DNA of 64,000 nt from Deltaproteobacteria bacterium (GTDB lineage Bacteria; Myxococcota_A; UBA9160; SMWR01), in the NCBI GenBank assembly GCA_032128115.1, contig JAQBHB010000068.1:8725-72724 (forward strand), read 5' to 3'. Of this stretch, positions 57,043 to 64,000 are shown one piece after another. Position numbers and translations under genes: made by a program. How positions within the stretch are numbered: the first letter of the stretch is position 1; the number at the start of each line of letters is the position of its first letter. The notes beneath the pieces were generated by a model that saw only the letters and a list, made by a program, of their open reading frames with translations, had not been told where the DNA came from and ran no database searches.

Positions 57043-58268
57043 CAGCGTCTCCCGCCCCCGCCGCCGCCCCGGCTGGCCCCTCCGCGGCTGGCCCCTCCGC
57101 GGCTGGAAGCGCCCCGCGAGCTGCTGGAGCGCGCGGACGATCCGCTCTTGTAGCTGCCGAAGGAGCTGTCGCGCGAGCGCGAAGAGGTGGGCTGACGGGT
57201 GCTCGCTGCCCGGTCGCGCGAGGTCGAGCTGCGATCCCCGCCGCTGGCGGAGCGATCCCGGCTACCGGCAGCGGAGCTGCGGTCGCCCGTCGCGGGCCTC
57301 GCCGCAGGCTTCGTTGCGGGCTTCGATCCGGCGCCACCCGAAGGGCGCGTCGACGCTCCGGTGCTGGGCCGCTTGCCGCCCTCGCCTCCGGGTCGCGCCC
57401 CGCTCTGCTTTCCGCGGCCCTTGTCCGCCTTCCATTCGCTGGCTCCGCCGCGGTCTCCCTTGGGATCGCGACCTCCCGGGCGATCGCGGTCACCGGGTCG
57501 ATCGCGGTCGCCGATGCCACCCCCCAGGTCCGGGCGGTCCACGTTGATGTTCACGTTTCTGTTGATGTTGATGTCGTTGTGACCGTGCCCCCAGCCCCAG
57601 TGCATGCCGTAACCGACGGCGGCGCCCACGAACATCCCCGTCCAGAACGCGGCCGCGGGCCGGTAGTAGTAGGGATAGGGCGGCGAGTAGTACCAGGGAT
57701 ACGGGGCCGTCTGGTAGACCACCACCGTGGACGGCTGGTAGACGGGCACGTAGATCACCTCGGGGCTGGCCGATTGGATCACGATGATCTGCTGGTCGTC
57801 CTTCTTCTCCTCGGTGACCGTCATCTTGTCGTTCGACTTGAGGTTCCCGGCTTCCTCCGCCTTGCCCCGGAAGCGCTGGACGCCGGCCATCACGTCGTCC
57901 TGCTGGTCGGCCACGGCCTCTCCCAGCTTCCAGGTCCAGTCCAGGTCCTCGTTCATCTTGTCGATGACTTCCGGGTAGTTGAGCAGTCCGATCACGCTCT
58001 CGTCCCACTCGTCGTCCGGCTTCAGTTTGTCGTCGGCCTTGTGCTTCTCGAGAAAGCGCGACGCCTGCACGATCTGCAGCGGGTAGGTGCTGGCCGGCAG
58101 CACGATGGCCAGCAGATCGTCGGGGTAGAGGGCGATGGGGCCGACGATCTCGTCGATCTCCGCGGCGGAGAGGGACTGGCTCTTTTCATCCTCCTGCGCC
58201 AGCGCCGCGGGCGCGTGAAGCAGGGCCGCCAGGACGAGAACGGCGGTGGCGAATGAGCCCGGGGACAT
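57042..58268 (-). CDS. DUF3300 family protein with G/R/S-rich tail
   Basis: PIALYPDDLL, ASTYP, WDESV..L..YP, IYVP.Y.P; start placed at the ATG after TATGCT. Confidence 0.9.
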   Translation of the reverse strand: MSPGSFATAVLVLAALLHAPAALAQEDEKSQSLSAAEIDEIVGPIALYPDDLLAIVLPASTYPLQIVQASRFLEKHKADDKLKPDDEWDESVIGLLNYPEVIDKMNEDLDWTWKLGEAVADQQDDVMAGVQRFRGKAEEAGNLKSNDKMTVTEEKKDDQQIIVIQSASPEVIYVPVYQPSTVVVYQTAPYPWYYSPPYPYYYRPAAAFWTGMFVGAAVGYGMHWGWGHGHNDININRNVNINVDRPDLGGGIGDRDRPGDRDRPGGRDPKGDRGGASEWKADKGRGKQSGARPGGEGGKRPSTGASTRPSGGAGSKPATKPAARPATGDRSSAAGSRDRSASGGDRSSTSRDRAASTRQPTSSRSRDSSFGSYKSGSSARSSSSRGASSRGGASRGGASRGGGGGGRR

Positions 58269-58447
58269 GGGCGAGAGCATACCCTCATGACCAAGCGGTG
58301 CGCCCGCCCGGGGTGGCGATTTACCGCACGTCGGGGCCGTCTGGTGCAGCCTGGAGGGCCCTCCTGGCGCGCGAGCGGGTGTGGGTTGGCGCGGAATCTG
58401 CTTCATTCCAGGTCGACCGGAAGCGAAATCGAGGAGGACGAGCCGCA

Positions 58448-60859
58448 GTGAAGTTCATCCGTTCCTTCGATTCCGTCACGCTCGACGACATCCCCCTGGT
58501 CGGGGGGAAGAACGCCTCGTTCGGGGAGATGATCCGCGAGCTCTCGCCCCTGGGCGTGCGGGTGCCTCAGGGGTTTGCGGTCACCGCGGATGCGTACACG
58601 GCGCTCCTCGACGGGCCAAACGTTCGGTGCGACCTGCGACGGGCGCTCGCGGATCTCGATCCGGCCGACCTGGCGTCGCTGCAGCGATGTGGTGCGGCCG
58701 CGCGGCGCGTGATCCTGGAGGCGCCGTTCCCCGAAGACCTGATCCGGGAAATCAGCGACGCCTATCGCGAGCTGTCGGAACGTTACGGCGGCGCGGAAGT
58801 CGACGTGGCCGTGCGCTCGAGCGCCACGGCCGAAGACCTGCCCGAGGCGAGCTTTGCCGGACAGCAGGAGTCCTACCTGAATGTGAGCGGCAGGCGCCAC
58901 CTGATCGATGCGGTGCACCGCTGCTTCGCGTCGCTCTTCACCGATCGCGCCATCTCCTACCGTTCCCAGCGCGGCTACGACCACGAACGGGTTCTTCTCT
59001 CCGTTGGCATCCAGAAGATGATCCGCTCGGATCTCGCGGGCTCGGGCGTGATGTTCACCCTGGACACCGAGACCGGCTTCGACCGCGCGGTCCTCATCAC
59101 CGCAAGCTGGGGCCTGGGTGAGAACATCGTGCAGGGCATCGTCAATCCGGACGAGTATCTCGTCTTCAAGCCCACACTGGCCGAAATCTCGCGTCGGCTG
59201 GGTTCGAAGGAAGTCGCCCTCGTGTATGCGGGCGGAGCGCGAGGCACGCGAAATGTCGAAATCCCGGAATCCAAGCGCCGTCGCTTCGTCCTCACTCGCC
59301 AGGAAACCGAGTTGCTGGCGAAATACGGCGTCGAGATCGAGAAGCACTACAGCGCCCGCGCAGGCCAGCCCCGGCCCATGGACATCGAGTGGGCGAAAGA
59401 CGGAAACGACGGACAGCTCTACATCCTCCAGGCGCGCCCCGAGACGGGTCACATCCAGCGAAGGGACGCGGGCCTGGTCACCTACGCCCTGGAAGCCCGG
59501 GGCCCGGTGCTGGCATCCGGGCGAGCCGTGGGCACCCGCATCGGTGCCGGTGCCGTAGTCCGTCTCGAAAGCGCCGCCGACCTCGCCCGCTTCGTTGCCG
59601 GCTCGGTGTTGGTGACTCCCATGACCGACCCCGACTGGGAGCCGGTCCTGAAGCAGGCGGCCGCCATCGTCACGGATCGCGGCGGCCGGACCTGCCACGC
59701 GGCCATCGTGAGTCGCGAGCTCGGGATCCCGTGTGTGGTGGGAACCGGCAACGCAACGGAGATCCTCTCGGACGGGATGGAGGTGACCGTCTCCTGCGCG
59801 GAGGGCGAAACGGGAGTCGTGATGGACGGCCGGCTTCCGTTCACCCGGAAGGAACTGGACGTCGAGAGCGTTCCAGAGACCCGAACCCGGATCTACCTGA
59901 ATCTCGCAGACCCCGAGCAGGCCTTCCGACTCTCGTTTCTCCCCGTGGATGGCGTCGGTCTCGTTCGCGAGGAGTTCATCATCACCCACGAGATCGGCAT
60001 CCATCCCATGGCCCTGGTCCACCTGGATCGGGTCGACCCGGGAATCCGGCGGCAGATCCTGGAGCGGACCCGCGGCTACCCGGACCCCGCCAGCTTCTTC
60101 GTCTCGAAGCTGTCCGAGGGCGTGGCGCGAATCGCAGCGGCCTTTCACCCCCGGCCCGTGGTGGTGCGCCTGTCGGACTTCAAGTCGAACGAGTACGCAG
60201 GTCTACTCGGAGGAGCGGCATTCGAATTTTCGGAAGAGAATCCGATGATCGGATTCCGAGGCGCTTCTCGTTACACCCACGATGCCTATCGTGAGGGCTT
60301 CGCCCTCGAGTGCCGAGCATTCAAGCGCGTGCGCGACGAACTCGGCCTCACCAACGTGATTCTCATGGTTCCCTTCTGTCGCACGCTCCTGGAGGCAGAG
60401 CGCGTCGAGAAGGAAATGGCGAGTCACGGGCTGCGCCGGGGGCAGAACGGGCTCGAGATCTACGTCATGTGCGAAATCCCCTCGAACGTGCTTCTCATCG
60501 ACGAGTTCGCCCGATTCTTCGACGGCTTCTCCATCGGATCGAACGATCTGACCCAGCTCGTGCTTGGCGTCGATCGCGATTCCGAGATCCTGGCCGACAC
60601 CTTCGACGAGCGCGATCCTGCGGTGTCGCGCGCGCTCACCCTGGCCATCCAGGGGGCCCACGCGGCGGGCCGTCCCATCGGCATCTGTGGCCAGGCGCCC
60701 AGCGACCACCCCGAGACCGCCGAGTTGCTGGTGCGCGCGGGGATCGACAGCCTTTCGCTCTCGCCGGACGTCGCGGTTTCGACCCGACTGCTCGTCGCCG
60801 CCCTGGAAAGCAAACTCGCCGGCGAAGAGCCCCCTTTGAGTGGAGACCAGAAATCATGA
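58448..60859 (+). CDS. ppsA: Phosphoenolpyruvate synthase
   Basis: VGGKNASFGEM, VAVRSSATAEDLPEASFAGQQES, phospho-His GGRTCHAAI, GFSIGSNDLTQ, GICGQAPSD; GAGGAGGA RBS. Confidence 0.96.
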   Translation: MKFIRSFDSVTLDDIPLVGGKNASFGEMIRELSPLGVRVPQGFAVTADAYTALLDGPNVRCDLRRALADLDPADLASLQRCGAAARRVILEAPFPEDLIREISDAYRELSERYGGAEVDVAVRSSATAEDLPEASFAGQQESYLNVSGRRHLIDAVHRCFASLFTDRAISYRSQRGYDHERVLLSVGIQKMIRSDLAGSGVMFTLDTETGFDRAVLITASWGLGENIVQGIVNPDEYLVFKPTLAEISRRLGSKEVALVYAGGARGTRNVEIPESKRRRFVLTRQETELLAKYGVEIEKHYSARAGQPRPMDIEWAKDGNDGQLYILQARPETGHIQRRDAGLVTYALEARGPVLASGRAVGTRIGAGAVVRLESAADLARFVAGSVLVTPMTDPDWEPVLKQAAAIVTDRGGRTCHAAIVSRELGIPCVVGTGNATEILSDGMEVTVSCAEGETGVVMDGRLPFTRKELDVESVPETRTRIYLNLADPEQAFRLSFLPVDGVGLVREEFIITHEIGIHPMALVHLDRVDPGIRRQILERTRGYPDPASFFVSKLSEGVARIAAAFHPRPVVVRLSDFKSNEYAGLLGGAAFEFSEENPMIGFRGASRYTHDAYREGFALECRAFKRVRDELGLTNVILMVPFCRTLLEAERVEKEMASHGLRRGQNGLEIYVMCEIPSNVLLIDEFARFFDGFSIGSNDLTQLVLGVDRDSEILADTFDERDPAVSRALTLAIQGAHAAGRPIGICGQAPSDHPETAELLVRAGIDSLSLSPDVAVSTRLLVAALESKLAGEEPPLSGDQKS

Positions 60860-61269
60860 GAAGCCAGGTACGAGACATGATGCGAGAAGCCGTAAAGACG
60901 CTCGGCCAGAACGACCAGCTCACCATCGCGGACGAGCTGATGCGGATGGAGAGGATCCGCCATCTTCCGGTTCTCGACGACGACGGAGCCGTCGTCGGGA
61001 TCGTGAGCCAGCGCGACCTGTTTCGGGGCGCCCTGGCTCGCGCGCTCGGCTACGGAGAGCACGCACAGGAGGCTCTCATCGCCCAGCTCGTGGTAAAGGA
61101 CGTGATGACCAACAACCCGACCACCATCGCGCCCGAAGCCACAGTGTCAGGGGCGGCCCGCGTCATGCTGGATCAGAAGATCGGATGTCTTCCCGTCGTG
61201 AAGGGCGGCAAGCTCGTGGGAATCGTCACCGAATCGGACTTCCTGGTGAGGATCGCGGGCGAGGACTGA
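60856..61269 (+). CDS. CBS-domain pair protein
   Basis: IRHLPVLD...GIVSQRD, IGCLPVV...GIVTESD; ATGA overlap with the ppsA stop. Confidence 0.9.
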   Translation: MRSQVRDMMREAVKTLGQNDQLTIADELMRMERIRHLPVLDDDGAVVGIVSQRDLFRGALARALGYGEHAQEALIAQLVVKDVMTNNPTTIAPEATVSGAARVMLDQKIGCLPVVKGGKLVGIVTESDFLVRIAGED

Positions 61270-62197
61270 CCGGGCACCCGGGGCGACGGATCCCTGCGTG
61301 GCGACTCGGGAAGTCTGCCCGCCGCGTCGCCAGCTGGTCGAGCGTCTTCAGGACGTCGTCCGCCAGGTGGTGCATCTGGCGGTGCACGAGCGAGTCGCGG
61401 GCTCCCGTCAGGATCGAGGGCGTTCGCCCGTCCGGGTTGGTCTGGAGCATCTCGATCTCCGGGCACCGCGACAGGAAGCTCTCGAACAGCGGGTAGCCCA
61501 GGCGGCGGATCTCGGAGACGAGAAGACCCAGGATGTCGCGGGATTCGCCCTTGCGATACTGGATGCGCAGATCCACCAGCGACAGCAGGATCTGGGCGCA
61601 CTGCCAGGGGCGATTCGTGCTGTTCAGCAGCTCGAAGATCTTTCCCGCCTGGATCAGGGAGGCCTGGTCCGCCACGGGGACGACTGTGAGGTCGCTCGCG
61701 GTGATGGCGTTGCGCGTGAGGATCTCGAAATCGCTTTTGGTGTCTATGATGATGAGTCCGTGCCAATCGGTCCGCTGCAGGACGGTCGCCAGGTGGCAGG
61801 AGTCGGAGACGTCGCGCTTGAGATCAGCGATGTCGGGACCCGAGGGAACGTAGTGAACGCCGTATTGCCCCAGGCGGATGGCCGAAGCGAGGCTTCCGGA
61901 GCGCAGGGCCATGGTCGCCGTCTCGCAGTCCTGCGGAGCGCCGAGCCCGAACATCTTGTCGATCATCGGCTGATCGTCAAGACCCAGGATCAGGACAGGA
62001 AGGTCCTCGCGTAGGGCCCTGATGTAGACCGCCAGATTGGCGGCCACTGTCGTCTTGCCCACGCCGCCCTTGTTGTTCGCAACCGTCAAGACCTGGAAGG
62101 GCCGCGAGTAGCGCTCCGAACCGGCGCTCACCCAGTTGCGCGGCAGGGCCAGCTTGCGGACCTCGGCTCGCCGCGCTGAGTCGAGAAATCGGCTCAT
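61226..62197 (-). CDS. ParA/Soj/MinD family ATPase
   Basis: NNKGGVGKTT deviant Walker A, LDDQ, IIIDT, AITASD..VVPV. Confidence 0.85.
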   Translation of the reverse strand: MSRFLDSARRAEVRKLALPRNWVSAGSERYSRPFQVLTVANNKGGVGKTTVAANLAVYIRALREDLPVLILGLDDQPMIDKMFGLGAPQDCETATMALRSGSLASAIRLGQYGVHYVPSGPDIADLKRDVSDSCHLATVLQRTDWHGLIIIDTKSDFEILTRNAITASDLTVVPVADQASLIQAGKIFELLNSTNRPWQCAQILLSLVDLRIQYRKGESRDILGLLVSEIRRLGYPLFESFLSRCPEIEMLQTNPDGRTPSILTGARDSLVHRQMHHLADDVLKTLDQLATRRADFPSRHAGIRRPGCPVSPRPRSSPGSPIR

Positions 62198-62319
62198 CGG
62201 GGCCCCCAGGGTTGCCACTGCACCTGGATCACGTCAAGCGCCATCCAGGGGCGGCAGCCCGGGACACTCTGCCCCCGGCGCCCCATGAAGTCAACCGGTT
62301 CTGGTGTTACGCGAGCGGT

Positions 62320-63594
62320 CTAGCTGGCTCGCCTGCGGTTGCGCCCCCGGCCAGACGACCCGCGCCGACCGCCCCGCTGCGGTTCGCGGGATCGCGCGCC
62401 GCGCGCGTTGCCCCGCGCCGCAGGGCGCCGCTCGGGCGTCTCGTCGCCGCCGGCCTCGAAGCCCTCGACCTGCCGCCGCGGGATCGGTGCCCCGATCATG
62501 CGCTCGGTGTCGCGCACCCAGCCGCGATCGCTGCCGGTGACAAACGTGCAGGCCACGCCCTCGCACTCCGATCGGCCGGTGCGTCCGATGCGATGGGTGT
62601 AGGCCTCCGGCGTGTTCGGCACGTCGAAGTTGATCACGTGGGAAATGTCGCTCACGTCGATCCCGCGCGCTGCGATGTCGGTGGCCACCAGGATGTCGTA
62701 CTGGCGCGAGCGGAAGCCGCGCATGGCCCGATCGCGCTGGCCCTGGGACATGTTTCCCTGGAGGCCCACGGCGCGATGCCCGTCCCGGGTGAGCTGCTCG
62801 GCCAGTTTTTTGGCGCGGTGCTTCGTGCGGGTGAAGACGATGGCCGAGTCGCAGTCGTCCCCGCGGAGCACATGCTCGAGCAGGGCGCGCTTGCGATCCT
62901 CCGCGACCATGTACAGGGCGTGATCGATGGTGGAGGCCGGCGCGGAATCGGCCAGCTCGACCACGTGCGGATCCGTCAGCAGATCGTCAGCCAGCCGGCG
63001 AATTTCCCTGGGCATGGTGGCCGAGAACAGCAGGTTCTGCCGTCGCGCCGGCAGCGCCGCGAGAATCCTGCGAATGTCCGGCAGGAAGCCCATGTCGAAC
63101 ATGTGGTCGGCTTCATCGAGCACCAGGGTCTCGACCTGGCCGAGACGCAGCACCCGCTGCTGGAGCAGGTCGAGTATGCGACCCGGGCAGCCCACCACGA
63201 TCTCCGGGCCCTGGCGCAGCGCGCTGATCTGGCTGCGCATGGAAACACCGCCGTAGATGGTGACCATCTTCAGGTTGGTGAACTTGGAGAGCGCGCGGAT
63301 CTCGAGCGCAATCTGGGTGGCGAGTTCCCGTGTGGGGGCGAGGACCATGGCGCGAGGCCCCTGACGGCGCACGTCGAGCAGCCGGTCGAGCAGCGGCAGC
63401 GCGAAGGCCGCCGTCTTGCCGGTGCCGGTCTGGGCCAGGCCCAGGACGTCGCGGCCTTCGAGGCCCGCGGGAATGGTTTCGAGCTGGATCGGCCGGGGCT
63501 TCTCGAAGCCAAGGGCACGGATACCGCGCTCGAGGGGTTCGGCGAGCCCGAACCGGCCGAATCCGGTCGAATCATCAGATGCTGAAATAGACAT
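62320..63594 (-). CDS. rhlE: DEAD-box RNA helicase (RhlE-like)
   Basis: Q motif PIQ, AQTGTGKT, PTRELA, DEAD, SAT, ATDIAARGID, HRIGRTGR; basic tail; GGAG upstream of the ATG at 63594. Confidence 0.92.
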   Translation of the reverse strand: MSISASDDSTGFGRFGLAEPLERGIRALGFEKPRPIQLETIPAGLEGRDVLGLAQTGTGKTAAFALPLLDRLLDVRRQGPRAMVLAPTRELATQIALEIRALSKFTNLKMVTIYGGVSMRSQISALRQGPEIVVGCPGRILDLLQQRVLRLGQVETLVLDEADHMFDMGFLPDIRRILAALPARRQNLLFSATMPREIRRLADDLLTDPHVVELADSAPASTIDHALYMVAEDRKRALLEHVLRGDDCDSAIVFTRTKHRAKKLAEQLTRDGHRAVGLQGNMSQGQRDRAMRGFRSRQYDILVATDIAARGIDVSDISHVINFDVPNTPEAYTHRIGRTGRSECEGVACTFVTGSDRGWVRDTERMIGAPIPRRQVEGFEAGGDETPERRPAARGNARGARSREPQRGGRRGSSGRGRNRRRAS

Positions 63595-64000
63595 GTAGAG
63601 CTTGTTCTCCGCCGTACGCGTACAGGCTGGGCCTGTACGGCACGGCCGTACGTTTCCGACCCAAACAACAGGGAAGGGGAAGAGGGGTTCTTTTTTGGCG
63701 GCGCGACCTCGGAGGGATGAATTGAGGTCCTGTTGTTCGCCGCTGTCGGGCTGGAGCCCGCGTTCAGCTGTCAATTAGCCTGTCTGCGGAACTTATGCCA
63801 CCCCAATCGGCAGGTCGGGTTCAAGGCATGATCGGAATTCTCGGTCGATCTGCGTTGTTACGTCGCAAGCGATTCCCGTAGAAAGACCGCGCAGATCGCC
63901 AGAACGGGCAATGCGAGCGCCAGGATCGGAGTTGGAAGGGCCAGCAAGAATGCGGATCGCCACGCCAGGTCCGCCATGCGCACCTTGTGGAGCCACGACG

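Noticed and set aside
57045..57500. Short repeats in the DUF3300 tail (GGASR, DRDRPG)
   Set aside because: Low-complexity disordered tail typical of this family.
63689..63743. Stem plus T-run as an intrinsic terminator
   Set aside because: The T-run precedes the stem on the + strand and reads as an A-run after it on the - strand, the wrong polarity either way.
63793..63996. 67-aa ORF at the right edge
   Set aside because: No recognisable features; cannot be judged at the window boundary.

Overview
GC-rich bacterial chromosomal segment, densely coding, with about 55 genes. The gene content (PEP-CTERM- and IPTL-CTERM-like exported proteins, many lipid/steroid-type catabolic enzymes) suggests a Myxococcota or related deltaproteobacterial lineage; this is inference only. 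I recognised no rRNA, tRNA, CRISPR array or transposase. Main content: a STAND-type adenylate cyclase, fatty-acid/steroid/sulfate-ester catabolic enzymes, a SWIM-SNF2 helicase, a two-component pair, a glycosyltransferase and epimerase, a MutS-related ATPase, several secreted proteins, DUF3300/DUF2950, ppsA, a ParA-like ATPase and a DEAD-box helicase. Signals not shown by the ORF track: (1) an ArsC/Spx-like selenoprotein with an in-frame UGA in a UxxC motif and a SECIS-like hairpin (44376-44714); (2) a three-part fusion of a periplasmic binding protein, a ligand-gated-channel-like beta domain and an MscS pore (28567-31461); (3) a XerC/D dif-like 28-mer next to interleaved inverted repeats (4373-4571); (4) a recurrent leaderless-gene layout, including one apparent GTA start; (5) a shared CAAG-N15-NCCGATGAG promoter-like motif before three exported or membrane protein genes; (6) a coupled DUF455 di-iron plus ATP-grasp pair; (7) a candidate CGxGxEL C-terminal sorting signal. 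All family assignments come from motifs read by eye, not from database searches.
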